From Felis catus (taxonomy: Eukaryota): a DNA stretch of 64,000 nt. Position 1 is the stretch's first letter; each line of letters starts with the position of its first letter. Made by a program: the position numbers and the translations under genes. Under the pieces are notes generated by a model. The model worked only from the letters and a program-made list of their open reading frames with translations. It was not told where the DNA came from and did no database searches. Below, piece after piece: positions 35,713 through 49,835 of the stretch. The stretch lies in NCBI RefSeq assembly GCF_018350175.1, contig NC_058370.1, positions 20,894,001 through 20,958,000 on the forward strand, in the 5' to 3' direction.

Positions 35713-35881
35713 TGGGTCCTTATTCTCTTGGTCTGTTCTGGTCTCCCTGATGTCCCCGTTGTAGGCGGAGGTCCGCTGATCCTCGGCCGCACTCCGCTGC
35801 TGCCACAGGATGGCCTCTCCCTCATACTCCTTCCGGTACAGGTTGGTCCTGTCCGACAGGCTGGCTCGCCGCACCACCTTC
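35713..35881 (-). CDS. PPP1R16B: PPP1R16B exon 10 (KVVRRASLSDRTN...QENKDP)
   Basis: Acceptor ctcag|GAAG, donor CCA|gtgagt, 169 nt, ends in phase 0. Preceded by a 91-nt intron. Confidence 0.95.
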
Positions 35882-35971
35882 CTGAGGGGAGAGAGGAGGT
35901 GCTAGAGGGCTGTGCCCAGGTGCCACGGGCAGGAGCATCCCCAGGGGCCAAGGCTGGCCGGCCCTGGCTCA

Positions 35972-36223
<252 letters not shown>

Positions 36224-36479
36224 TCATCCAGGGAGGAAAGAAAACAATGCCAGCCTTACTTCCTGGGCTACACCCCAATCCTCAGAGGATAAGAACAGGA
36301 ACCCCAGGATCTGTACAGTCACAGCTCCTAAGGTTTCCAGCTATGGGAAGAGCCATCCCCCTTTGGTAGTTTCCAACAGGAGTCATCAACTCTCCAGCGA
36401 TATAAGACACATCAAGAGAAACAAGCAAGTACTCTATGTAGTCCAAGCCCCAAATTACATGTATATCAAATCATATATA

Positions 36480-37265
36480 CCTACCCATTCAATCCACCTA
36501 ATCATTTCATTCACCTGTCTTCTTGTTCACTGACCCAGCCATCCATCCACAGATTCATCCCCTACCCTCCCATCCACTTATTCATCCATCTATCGAACCA
36601 TCCAGCCATCCAGCTGTCCATCCATCCATCCGGCCAGCCAGCCNNNNNNNNNNNNNNNNNNNNNNNNNNNNNNNNNNNNNNNNNNNNNNNNNNNNNNNNN
36701 NNNNNNNNNNNNNNNNNNNNNNNNNNNNNNNNNNNNNNNNNNNNNNNNNNNNNNNNNNNNNNNNNNNNNNNNNNTCCACCTAATCATTTCATTCATCTGT
36801 CTTCTTGTTCACTGACCCAGCCATCCATCCACAGATTCATCCCCTACCCTCCCATCCACTTATTCATCCATCTCTCCAACCATCCAGCCATCCAGCTGTC
36901 CAACCATCCATCCGGCCAGCCNNNNNNNNNNNNNNNNNNNNNNNNNNNNNNNNNNNNNNNNNNNNNNNNNNNNNNNNNNNNNNNNNNNNNNNNNNNNNNN
37001 NNNNNNNNNNNNNNNNNNNNNNNNNNNNNNNNNNNNNNNNNNNNNNNNNNNNNNNNNNNNNNNNNNNNNNNNNNNNNNNNNNNNNNNNNNNNNNNNNNNN
37101 NNNNCATTCATCCACTTAGCCATACACGTATCTGTCCACCTATCCAGCTGTACATCTGCACATTAAACTACCCTTCATTAATTTATTCATTCATCCTATC
37201 CATCCACACATGAATGCACCATCTAGCCAACTATATATTTATCCAATTATTCCACTATCCATCAA
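36480..37265. repeat. (CCAT)n-like low-complexity tract with a ~147-bp near-identical duplication and two N gaps
   Basis: 36493-36639 matches 36775-36921; gaps at 36644-36774 and 36922-37104. Confidence 0.85.
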
Positions 37266-37313
37266 ATCATTAGTGAGTACCTATGTGTATATTAGTTTTT
37301 ATGCTGGACTCAC

Positions 37314-37389
37314 CTATTGGCATCTCATCCATGGATGTCCTAGCACTGAGACTGGCCCCATGGGACACCAATAGCTCTGCCATCTGCAT
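37314..37389 (-). CDS. PPP1R16B: PPP1R16B exon 8 (MQMAELLVSHGASLSARTSMDEMPI)
   Basis: Acceptor tttcag|ATG, donor TAG|gtgagt, 76 nt. Ankyrin-repeat sequence. Confidence 0.95.
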
Positions 37390-37817
37390 CTGAAACAGGA
37401 AGAAGCCCACGTTCCCCTTCGGCTCAAAAAGCCTGGGAGGCAGTAAGAGTGCCCAATGTTTCTCAGGATATGACATAAAAAATGATGGGGCAGAGCGGGT
37501 TCCCAGGGAAGGCTCTGCACCCTGGAGCCAGGGATCCTGTCAACACAATGGGCTTGACACCTCCTCCAGCATGCCTGGGCCATGCCAAGGGACAGAAGAA
37601 GAAGGAGTCAGCTGTAAATCTCGAGCTGTCAGGAATCCAAGGAGGGACGGCAACAGCTGTAATCAGAGTTTTGTATCTGGGAAACAAAAGGAGAAACTAC
37701 TCAAATCAAAAATGTGAGGAATTTTCTAATTTGGCAAATGTGATCATCATCTTCTCAGGACACAACTTGTCAAATGGTTTTGCAAAGTCTCAAGGTCCTT
37801 TCCTATCCCACAAACTA

Positions 37818-38114
<297 letters not shown>

Positions 38115-38294
38115 TCATTCCGGGGGGGCAGTGAATGGAAGAGAATGAGTCGGAAATCCAGCCACATTACAAAGCATTCTTAAGGCCACTCTCCACCCTG
38201 TGGTGGGTCTGAGAGCCCCTGTGGTTAAGGCAACAGCACTTACTGAGTCCCTACCACGTGCTGAGCTCTGAGGAAGGGGTTTCAGAGGCCCAAC

Positions 38295-38817
38295 GTGGTG
38301 GTTTTAAAATGTCTACAAATTCTTTGACACACCTCCCTTGAGAGATGAAGTTTCATTCCTCTCCCCTTGAATGTGGGCCAGAACAAGTGACCCGCTTCTA
38401 ACAAACAAGACATTGTGAGGTGGTGGTGTGCGATTTGAGGTGAGGTCATACGAGGCATTGCTGGTTCTACCTTAGGCTCTCTTGGATCAATCACTCTAGG
38501 AATCAGCCATCGTGTAGTGCAGACCCTTAAGCAGCCACAAGGAGAGGTTGTAAGGAGGTGAAAACCTGAGGCCTCCGGCCAACAGCCAGCACTAACTTCT
38601 TAGCCATGTGAGTGCGCCATCTTGGAAGTGGATCTTCCAGCCCCAGTCAAGCCTTCAGATGGCCGCAACCTCGTGAGAGGCCCCAGCCAGAGCTACCCAG
38701 CTAAGCTGTTCCCAATTCCCTACCCACAGAAACCAGGTGAGATAACAAATATTCACTGTTGTTCTAAGATGCTAAGTGTTGGGGTCACTTGTCACACAAC
38801 GATAGGTAACCAACACA
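38295..38817 (+). mobile_element. MaLR solo LTR (MLT1F/G-like)
   Basis: tggtggttttaaaatgtctacaaattctttgacac...ccccttgaatgtggg...ccagccccagtcaagccttcagatg...ggtaaccaacaca. Confidence 0.75.
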
Positions 38818-39486
38818 TCCAACAAGGGAGAGCTTCATGTTGAGGCCACAACTCTTCTACCCAGCACCATTCAAGGCCTCTGGGGACGGACACACTGCCT
38901 TGCAGACCTCAAATATCCCATCTGCTTGACCTCCAGAAAATATATAAAGTGCTTAGCGCATGACAAACAATAAGTGATTGTCTTGGAGGGCCGTGAGTGA
39001 TGGTAAGGTGCACCCTGGGAAGAAAGGAAGGAGTAAGGAGATGAGGCAAAGAGAAACCAACTGCCCAGCCAAGGTGGGAGATAGAGCTGAGATCCCAAGG
39101 ACGCCAGAGCTCTGGCGGGGCTGAGGTCTGCAGCCACAGAGCTCCGGTCAGTGGGACAGAGAAGGCATGACCCCAGGAAGTAGCCCTTCAGAACACAGCC
39201 CTGATGGTCAGACGCTGCCCCATCCCGGGGTAAGGTTGCTATGAGGTTCCGGCAAATAGAGGTTTTCCTTTATTTTTTTAATTTTCAGAATAAACCCGGG
39301 GTGTGATCTGGTACAGGCATACATGAAAATTAGAACAATCATCTGATTTACAAACGCGTGGTTTGCCAGTTGTGGAGAAGGACACCGAGCAGGCCAGCCA
39401 GACATTACAAACTGTGGGGCCCCATACTTGGCTGGGAAGAAAATGGCACGACCGGGAGAGTGATATTGCTAGAATAACCATAACAC

Positions 39487-39730
39487 TGGGGCGCCTGGGC
39501 GGCTCGGTTGGTTAGGTGTCTGACTCTTGCTCTCAGTTCAGGTCATGATCTCACAGTTTGTGGGTTCGAGCCCCACATCAGGCTCCACGCTGACAGCGTG
39601 GGCCTGCTTTGGATTCTCCCTCCCTCTCTCCCCCTGTCCCCTGAGCTCGCTCACTCTCTCTCTCTCTGTCTGTCACAGACACACATGTGCGCACACACAC
39701 ACACACACACGTAAATAAACTTAAAAAGAT
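39487..39730 (+). mobile_element. SINEC
   Basis: Head, CT and CA tracts, tail. Confidence 0.88.
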
Positions 39731-40918
39731 GTTAATCCCTAACATCCACTGCGAGTTTATAGACTCTGTGCTAAGCACCTACATGCAGAATCTCACTTAT
39801 TCCTCCCAACAACCTGGTGAGGAAGGTGCTATTCGTATCCCCGCTTTATTGGGACGACCTGAGACCCAGTAGGGGCCTGGCCCATGTGGTCTGGGCCACC
39901 CTGAGGCCAGCCCTCAGCCCAAGAGAAGACCCATGTGTCTAAAGGGCCCAGCCACACACCCAAAGGAGCTCCAGCCAGGGTGGGCCATGCCCTGGGACAG
40001 CTTAGCTTTGATTTCATACTGCCGTGTTCGGTCTCACTACCTAACTCTATCTTTTAGTGCTGGGCTGAGCAGGGACCCAGTGAACAGGAAAAGGCATAAG
40101 GCAGGGGGTGGGGCTCAGGAACCGGGTGGGGGAAGCCCAGTAACCACACCTGGGCCACCAGGTCAGGCCTGAGGGGCACTGAGGGGTCTTGCTGGTGAAC
40201 CCCAGCTGGTCAGCTCAAGATTCTGAGACTCCTGAGTGCTTACGACCAGCACGGACCCAAGCCCAGGCCAGGGCCCAGCCATCAGCAAGGGTTGCGGGGG
40301 GGGGGGGGGCGGGGGGGGGCATCCGGGCTTCCAAGGCCCTGCTCTTGTTTTCAGTTTAGAGCCTCAGAAGCAAGCCCTCCCCAGTACTAGGCTGCATGGT
40401 CCTATGAAAGCCTATGGAGAGAGGTCAAGGTTTCTAATCGCTGACACTCGAGCCAAAAGGATGAATGGGGCCAATCAGGCAGATCTGAGAGAGAAGGTTC
40501 ACTGTTCTAGCTCTCCAAAGTCTAGTAAAGCATGTGGCACGGAGGTCTGTGTCGACTGGATGGATGAATGATGGCACCAGCCACCCCTGGAGGAGGGGGA
40601 AATCATGAGCTCAGGATGGACACCGGGAGCTCGAAGTAGAGGAGGAACTTGGACACAGAACGGGCGGACAGCAGGGCTCCTGACTCCCAGCCCCAGCTGA
40701 AAGTGGCCAGATTCTCAAAGGGGGTGAGCCCCCCGCTCTGCTGACGCTCCATATTCCAGAGCCAACTCTGGCCCCAAAGCCGTCTGGAGGAGGTTCAAGG
40801 CCCCAACTGTATAAGCTTAACCTCCACCAGGTGCTGGCCCACTTCGGCCACAGCTGGTCTCGGTTCCGGTGCTGACGCCCCCCGCCCCAGCCCAAACCCG
40901 CCGGGCCCATCTGCTCAC

Positions 40919-41043
40919 CAGTGTGGCACCCTGGGCATCTATCCAGTCAAGGTCCTGGCCCGCTGCGATCATACAGTGGATGTCCGCAATCATCTGCTGC
41001 TCAGGGGCTGCCCGCATCTCGTTGATTTTCTCTTGGGTGATGC
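40919..41043 (-). CDS. PPP1R16B: PPP1R16B exon 6 (GITQEKINEMRAAPEQQ...DAQGATL)
   Basis: Acceptor atgcag|GC, donor CTG|gtgagc, 125 nt. Confidence 0.95.
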
Positions 41044-41963
41044 CTGCATGGGGAAGGGGGGGGGGAACTGAGTCAGCACCCCGGGCCTAGGCCCCGAGCG
41101 GGGAGGGGTGGCGGGGCAGAAGGGCGAGGCACGGCTCCTGCTCCCCGAGGTCTGCCGGGCAAGGGAGAAGACAGACATGCCCATGGGTCATTGTCTCCCA
41201 GGCCCAGTGAACACGCACACCGTGCACTGGCCCAAAGATCAAGGGCCATGCCTGCCTGGAGCCCAGGATGCACTTAAATAGGATTGGTTACTGCAACATA
41301 TTCCGTCTCTCTACACCAGAAATCCCTACATCCACCTGCCTGCCTGCAACCGCTCAGTCGGCTGGCCCTGTCTTATCCTGCAGGTCTGGCTGGGATCACC
41401 TCCCTTGCTGACGCCCCCCCCCCCCCCCCCCCGCCTCGACCACCTGTCTGACCAGGGTCTCTCTGTTAGTTCTCTTCATCTCTCCCATGGCTGTGTCTGT
41501 AGCACCAGGGCTCAATGCTTAATGAATTTCTGTTATGGGCATGAATGAATTAGCGACCATGTAACTTCTGAATGGCAAGTTGAATAAACTGGAGTGGAAG
41601 GACCCGGACAAACATTCGATAGCCTGAATCTCCGACTAAAAGTCTAAGCGTTACTGACAGTTACTTCATGGTGTTTAAAAAGGCGAAAGTGACGTGTCCT
41701 ACAGAAATGTCCCTCAAATCAAACATTCTTGGGCAGAACTGAGGGGAGGTCTATAAACTCGAAAGGAGGGGAAAAAAATTACACGTTTATTATCACCAAC
41801 CATGAAATGGAATACAGTTATTTCCTTCCACCGGGGACGTGGGGAAAATCCACAGAATTAGCAGGTGCCCGTGACCGTCACCAACAGAAAACCTGCAGGT
41901 GTTTTCTTACTGTTTCGTGAATTAACGAAGTTTCTACGTAACACATTTAAAAATGTTTTGGTT

Positions 41964-42186
41964 GGGGCGACTGGGTGGCGCAGTCGGTTAAGCGTCCGAC
42001 TTCGGCCAGGTCACGATCTCGCGGTCCGTGAGTTCGAGCCCCGCGTCGGGCTCTGGGCTGATGGCTCAGAGCCTGGAGCCTGTTTCCGATTCTGCGTCTC
42101 CCTCTCTCTCTGCCCCTCCCCCGTTCATGCTCTGTCTCTCTCTGTCCCAAAAATAAAGAAACGTTGAAAAAAAAAAATTTAAAAAT
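41964..42186 (+). mobile_element. Young SINEC_Fc
   Basis: 14-bp TSD AAAAATGTTTTGGT (41949-41962 and 42187-42200). Confidence 0.93.
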
Positions 42187-42688
42187 AAAAATGTTTTGGT
42201 AGCCATGTTTTAACATGACTGATCTCCGCTATGATGCTGGGAATTTGAGAACCGCATTTAAAAGCACTACTCCTGAAGAGGTGCCCCTGGATTCACCAGA
42301 CTGGTACAAAAGTGAAGGACCCCTGCAGCAGAGGAATAGGGAGAGCCCGGGCCAGCGACCACATCAGTGGCTACTGCCCCAACCCGGAAGGAGACTCAAC
42401 GGCAGGGTCCCGGCCGGACCTCAGACTGCAGTCAAGGGTCTGGATTTGAGACTTCTTTGCAAGGAGGCCTTCAGAAATAGGCGTGCGGGGTGGTGGGGGC
42501 GGGCAGGTCTCTGATTGCCACATTTGTTTCCTCTCTGCGGCTCATTTGTGAGCTGAGAACAGCCCACATCTTGTTTATCCCGGCCCCTGGCAGCCAGCGT
42601 GGTGCCTGGCACAGAGCGGGCACCCGCGAATGTTCTTGACTCTCGATTATGTTTCCAAAGGGCAATATATCTTTATTGTGAGTGTTTA

Positions 42689-43210
<522 letters not shown>

Positions 43211-44294
43211 TCAGGATCCCCGGGGGCCTCTGACGGGAGCTCCCAGGAAAGCCGTCCCAAGCAGACCACCCCCAGCTTGCTGCTCTGTTGGGCCAGCAGA
43301 CAGGCGCTTGAGGACAGATGTCAAAGTCTTCCTTGGTGACGACAGTACAAATAACACTAACGGCACAAATTATCACACATCTGCTTAGAGCCAGGCTTGA
43401 TCTAAGCCCTATACACACATCGTCTGAGTGACTCTTCGTGCTAGTCCTTTTGAGTTGTTATTGCGGACCCATCTCACTCAAGGGGAAACAGTCACTTGTC
43501 CCAGGTCACCCAGCAAGCATGCGGGAGGGTCAAGGTTCAAACCCCGGCTCTATTTCAGTCCTTGTCCACCGGCTCCCCCCGACCTTCTCCCAAGTCCTGG
43601 CCCGAAAGGCTGACAGGACAGGGGCAGGACAGAGCCCTGGGGCTCTCTGGCAGAATCTGGTTTTTGGCCCAGTGGTTCCCACACGCGATCTTGAGATGCC
43701 CTGCAGAATTACCCGGGGAATCACCGAAATACATTGCAGCTTCCTGGGCTCCGCTCCAGACCTCCTGAAACACAGTCTCTGGGCGTGCGGCTTTGGATTA
43801 TGTATTCTGAACCCACGCCCCACGTGATTCTGGTACAGATCAGCGCTGGGGACCCACTGTACTTGGCTGGCACTCCCTTTTCCTCTGGGCACCATCACTG
43901 ATCAGGCTGTGGCCACTCGATGTTCCCCGCGGCTCAGTCAGATGTGCGATAATTTAAAATTGAACGCTGTCTTTTCTATGTGTCTACAGAAACTGAGCGG
44001 ACTGGAAAGGCTTCCAGGGCAGGAAAGGACCCTCAGAACAGCATACAGAGAAATGGCCATATTCCTAGGAAAAACACGGCCACGTGGTGCCCCTCAAAGC
44101 AGGTTCTGTCCTGAAGAAAAGCATGTAAATAACATTTGAGAGGCAGGGCCAAGGAAGCAAGTATGCTTTTTTTTTTTTTTTTTTTTTTAATACCAAAAGA
44201 AACCAAAAATGGCAACGAAACCCAAAGAGACTAGAGGAGATGAATGTAAACTCATGGACCCACAGAGACAGAAAAAAAAAGAGATTTACAAAAA

Positions 44295-44475
44295 GAGAAT
44301 GCTACCCTGATACAAAGCCAGACCAAGACCCTCCAGGAAATGGAAACTATAGACCCATATCCCTTGTGAACACGGATGCAAAAATCCTCAACAAAATACT
44401 AGCAACCCCCACTCAGCAGCACGTTAAAAGGATTCACACCAAGACTGATCGGGATTATTCCTGCAATGCAAGAAA
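44295..44475 (+). mobile_element. L1 ORF2 (RT-proximal) fossil fragment
   Basis: Translates [20 protein letters not shown], a conserved L1 ORF2 motif. Confidence 0.85.
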
Positions 44476-44549
44476 GGTGAGTTTTTATGTCGTGTGCTAA
44501 TATTTGGGGGGGAAACCGCAGGGAGAGACAGATTGAAAAGAGACAAGAG

Positions 44550-44666
44550 CAGGTGGGGGAGAGGGGAAAGTGGGAGACGGGCAGGGAGGAGGGCGCTTGT
44601 TGGGATGCGCACTGGGTGTTGTATGGAAACCCATTTGACAATAAATTATATTAAAAAGAGAGAGAG
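44550..44666 (+). mobile_element. Severely 5'-truncated carnivore L1 3' end
   Basis: gcactgggtgttgtatggaaac...gacaataaatt; flanking direct repeat AGAGACAAGAG (44539-44549 and 44667-44677). Confidence 0.75.
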
Positions 44667-44850
44667 AGAGACAAGAGTGGGAAAGGAACACAGAGGTGGA
44701 GGGAGGAAGGGAACTGGGGGCCAGAGGAAGAGAGAGAGAAACAGAGACAGAGGTGAAGGGAGGGCATGGGGAGAAAGAGAGACACACGAGGCACCACAAG
44801 AGACAGAGAAAATGGCACCGCAGGAGGAAAAGGAGAGACAGAGAGGGGAG

Positions 44851-44884
<34 letters not shown>

Positions 44885-44985
44885 GGAGGGGAGGAGGGGG
44901 AAGGGGTGGAAGGCAGAAACAAAACAAATAGAAAACCACCAGAGGCAGAGGGGAGGCTGTCCCTGGGGAAGAGAGGGTCACGTAC

Positions 44986-45158
<173 letters not shown>

Positions 45159-45938
45159 TCAGCTTCAGCGGGGCCCCGGCCCTGGCGGGGTTCCCCTCGA
45201 GAGGCCACAAGAAGGACGGTGCAGCCAAACTGTCTGCATTTGAATCAAGTTGCATTGCTCACACACTGTGTGACGTGGGGCAAGCCACCTAGCCTCTCTG
45301 AGCCTCGGTTTCCCCACGAGAAAGTTAATAACGTTCAAGATAAAAATATAAGTGAAATATAAAAAATCCAAGGGGCAGCGAGAAAATATTTTGTGAGTGG
45401 TGGAAACGAAGCAAAATTTTGAATGAGGCTTCAAAATCTTGTTCTTTTTTAAGCCCCAAGTAACCAAGCCTCCCCCCCGCCACCCCGCAAAGAACCCTCC
45501 TCCACATCAGGGCTCTGGGGACCCTGACAGAGTCCCTGAAAGGACACAGCCAGGTTTATGCTCTGGCCTGTCCACATTTAGGTCAGCCCTGGGGACAGGG
45601 AAGGCTCAGGAACCCGTAGCCCCCCAGGGAGACAAAGACCTCTGACAGCCACCGGAGCCCCCAAACTCCAGGGACGGAGAGTGAACGATTCCAAGGGGAC
45701 AGGGGGGCCTCAAGCCAGGGCCCTGAGAGGACAGAGGCGAGGATAGAGGAGGAAGAAGACAGGGAGTCACTCTATAGACCGGGATGGAGAAGCCAGCAGG
45801 GGACAAAGCAGGCATCTGTGCTCAGTGCTGCCCCACCCAGGGAAGGGCTTGGTCCCCGTGCAATGGGAGACGAGGCAGAGTTATACTCAGAGGAGCAACA
45901 TAATCAGACTCGTTTTTAAAAAAAAAAAAAAAAAAAAA

Positions 45939-46155
45939 GGGCCGCCTGGGTGGCGCAGTCGGTTAAGCGTCCGACTTCGGCCAGGTCACGATCTCGCCGC
46001 CCGTGAGTTCGAGCCCCGCGTCAGGCTCTGGGCTGATGGCTCAGAGCCTGGAACCTGCTTCCGATTCTGTGTCTCCCTCTCTCTCTGCCCCTCCCCCGTT
46101 CATGCTCTGTCTCTCTCTGTCCCAAAAATAAATAAATGTTGAAAAAAAAAAAAAA
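45939..46155 (+). mobile_element. Young SINEC_Fc inserted in an A tract
   Basis: Near-consensus body flanked by A runs. Confidence 0.92.
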
Positions 46156-49108
46156 CCCTTCCTCTGGGTGCATGTGGAGAACAGACTGCATGTGAGCACT
46201 TTTTGAGGAGGAGAGGGACAGGGAGAAGCTCTGGCAAAATCATCCGGTTAAGAGACGGTGGTGGCTGGGCCGACAGGACTATCTGTGGACATGGGGAGAA
46301 GTGACTGGATGCCAGCAGAAGGATCAGGGGCACTTTTGGGAGCCCATGGCCCTACGTGGCGATGGGGCTGGGGATAGGGTGGTACCATGGCCCCCCACCC
46401 CATCCCCGGCAGAGCCAGGGTTCCATGCCAGAAGGGCGTGTGGGAAAAGAGCAACCGTTTGTGCGGATTAATGCCAGAGATCTCTTTCCAGCCTGTCTAG
46501 AGTTGGCTGGGTCTGAGGGCATCTCTCCAGACAAGTGGGGCAGAGGTGTGACTCCAGAGGGGTGTGCCTCAGGTGGTGGAGAGAACCATGCAGTGGCACA
46601 TCACGGCCGGCAGAGGGAGCCAAAGGCACTGGAGGGAGGCAGTGGGGACCTACAAGGGGCCCCTGTCACTGGGAACTGGGTCTGGGGAGTTCCTGTCCAC
46701 AGCAGGAGCAGGTCAGCCCCTGGTGTCAGGAGACAGCCGGGCCAGAGAACCCGCCCTTAGGGCTACAGAAAACGTGAGGACGGGGTAACGGAGGAGCTCA
46801 GGTTGAAAGGGGAGGGGACTGCGCACCCAGAATTGCAGCCTTACGAGAGGGATGCCCAGGGACTGGACCAGCCTGCACCTCCGAGGCTCGGCCAGAGGAA
46901 GGGCTGGGTTTGGGGTGCACGCTGGGGCGGTAGGTGGTGGGGTGGGCAGGCCTCCTCCCCTACATTCCCCAAGGTGGGAAATGGCACCTGCGGTTGGATG
47001 ACTCCTCCCGCCCCCTCACTGCCCACATCCAATCTCTCATGGGGTGTGGATGCCGCCTTCTAAATCACTGCCCCCAGCCCCACTGCCCTGATGCGGCTTC
47101 ATCATCTCTCCCTGCCTCCCCGTCGCCCCCCTTCCCACACCCTCAACCCACAGAGCTCCTCCTCGTCAATCCAGGAGTCCCAGTTTACAAGCCCCGAAGG
47201 TTCCCTGTTGCCAAGGGGAGGAGAGCCACACGCCTTTACCAGGCGTGCGAAGGCGCTTCCAGCCTGTGTCGGATGCAGCCGCAGTGACACAGCAATGACA
47301 GCCGGGCAGTGGCAATAACAGCCTGTCACGTTATCAAATAACCCTGGCTGGTGCTTTCCGAGGTGCCGCTAGGGCCACCTCGCTAACTTTTGGCCACAGA
47401 CGACCTCATTCAACCCTCAGAGCAATATCCCGAGTGCCGCACGGCCCCGCGAGGCTAGCGTCCTGCACAGTGCAGATGCACAGGACATCCCATCACCCTA
47501 GAAAATTCTACTAGACAGTGCCGGCCCTGAGCCTCGGCTTCCTGGGCTATAAAATGGGAACCATAATATTTCAAAGGGCTGTTGAGAGGATCAACTACAC
47601 TTCACATAAGTGGCTCTGCACAGAAGCGAACGAGGTGACAAATCTCAATAACGATAATGCCGTCTAATATTTATGCAGCGTCAGGAGACGCTTGAAGGGC
47701 TGTCATGCGTATTCGTTTAATCCTCGCAACGGCCCAGTGAGGTGGGTACTTACTATTCTACGGATGAGCAAAGTGAGGCACAGAGAGCTTACGTAACTTG
47801 CCCAAGATCACACAGCTAGAATTAGTGGGTGAATGAAGCCCTGCGGAGCGGAAGAGAAGCCAAAAGGACAGATAGGAAGCCACTGGGCTGATGGCTGGGG
47901 GCGGGGCTTGGCCCTGGGGCTCACGGGTAGGGCAGCGGCCAGTCTCTGTCCATCCCTTCCTGCCCTCGTGAGCTCATGGAGACGCTCTCAGGGAGAGAGC
48001 TTGGGGTTCAGGCAGCCTGGGCTCCCACCTGCCAGACTGCGTGCAAGTCCACCTGCTCAGAAACTTGGGCCAGGGCACCGGGAGACTTCCGTGTGTTCAA
48101 GTCAGCACGCACATATCGAGCACTGACTGTATACCAGCACGGGGAAAGATGGTAGGACGTACCAATGGGCAGGAGACATGGGCTCTGTCTGGATAGAGGG
48201 AGGCCAGCATCGAAGGGCTAAAATGGCTACCGGAGCAGGTGCTCAGAAGAAAAGGACACTATACGATAGCACAGCTCTCAGGCTCTTGCTGCACACGGGG
48301 GCTAACTAGGGCACACCCCCACACGCCATGGGAAACGTGGTGGGAGGAGCCAGTGTGTGGAAGGAACAGAAAAGCCATGCGGCTGGAGCCCGGAGAGGCA
48401 GGGAGCATGGAGCACCGGTCAGGGGCCAGGCCTCGAGGCACCATGTGGGAGGACACCAAGAGTGCTTTGAGTAACATCAGACTTTTGGCCCGAGCGTCCC
48501 TGAGGCCACCGCGGGAAAAACGAAACACGGCAGGGCAACTGAATGCCGGGGACCAGCTAGGAGGCTCTGGCAGCACCCAGCTGAGTGATGACAGCGAGAA
48601 CAGCCCCTCTCGGGCCAAGGGGGGGCTGGCCCATCGCGCCGCCCCGGAAAGGATGTGGGCCACGAGGGCACCTGGTTCACGGCCACGGACCACGGCTGTG
48701 CGACCCCAGGCGGCTCACGTGGCCTCCCTGTCAATCACCCTTCCCACCAGGGTGGACGGAGGCCTCGGTGGGTGCGAACAAACATGCTTCGTAAACCTCA
48801 AGCTCAGAACAAACTTGCTTTGTCTGTCGAGCCCTTCGCTGGGCAGAGAGGACGCGGTGACAAAGGCTCCCTGTGCCGGGAGGCTGCGCGTGTGCCGCAC
48901 GCACGTGTGCCCAGGGGCTCCGTGGGCGTGTCGGTGACAGACACGCGCATCTCCCAAGTAGACAAGAGCCTTTCAGACGAGACAGCTGAGGCTGCCCTTC
49001 CTCCCCTCCGCCCTGGGGGTTCTGGGCAGGAAAAGGCCGGGAGATGGCGCGACCGTTCCGCTGGGGCGCACGGATCCAGGGACCCCAGGTCCAAGGACCT
49101 GGCCTTAC

Positions 49109-49179
49109 CTGGTGCAGGGCTGTGAGTCCGTCCTCATTGCACAGATCAGGGCTGACCTTGTTCTTCAGGAAATAGCGCA
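49109..49179 (-). CDS. PPP1R16B: PPP1R16B exon 3 (VRYFLKNKVSPDLCNEDGLTALHQ)
   Basis: Acceptor ttgcag|TG, donor CAG|gtaagg, 71 nt. Upstream exons (start codon, PP1-docking motif) lie beyond 64000. Exon numbering follows the human gene. Confidence 0.95.
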
Positions 49180-49654
49180 CTGCAACGGAGGGCAGAGGAG
49201 TGAGCAGGTGTGCGGGGGGCCCAGGTAAGACCCACCGCGCCCAGGTCCTGATGCGAACGTCCTGGGCACAGGAGGCAAGTGTGAACAGCTCTCCACCATA
49301 CAGATGAGGAGCTGCTGTGGGGAAACTAGGGGGGATCTGGGAAGGGCAGGGACATGGCCGCTGCTTCTGCAGGTCGGATACCGGCTCAGCACCCCCGGGG
49401 GGGTGGGAGCAGGGGAAGAGACGAGGTCTCAGGCGCAGCGGGGATGGAAGCGGCCCCTCAGCTCTACGCTCACCAGGCCCAGTTCCTAGAACCACAGGCC
49501 TGTGGCCTCCCGGGCCCGAGGGTGAACTGAGGTCCACAGGAGGGGGGAGTCTGAGGCCTCCGCCCAGCCTTCTGGCAAGTGGCGACGTTTCCAGCAGGGC
49601 AGGAGTCTGGGGGGGGATATGGTCTCAGTCTCTGGAGCTGCCTGTCCACTATGG

Positions 49655-49835
49655 AGCCAGCAGCCGCATCTGGCTATTACAGCCTTTTAAACTTACACTC
49701 GAAAGGATTCAAAAGTCACGTCCTTGGTCACTCTGGCCACATTTCAAGTGCTCAAAAGCCACACGTGGCTACCGTATTAGAAAGTGCCGAAATAGAACGT
49801 TTCCATCCTCACAGAAAGTTCTACTGGACAGCGCC
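49655..49835. mobile_element. MER3/MER33-like MITE
   Basis: ggccacatttcaagtgctcaa...ggctaccgtatt...cagaaagttctactggacagcg. Confidence 0.7.

Noticed and set aside
35790-35805. Extra Gln in TIMAP (WQQRS versus human WQRS as recalled)
   Set aside because: In-frame 3-nt difference in a variable region; likely shared with other non-primate mammals.
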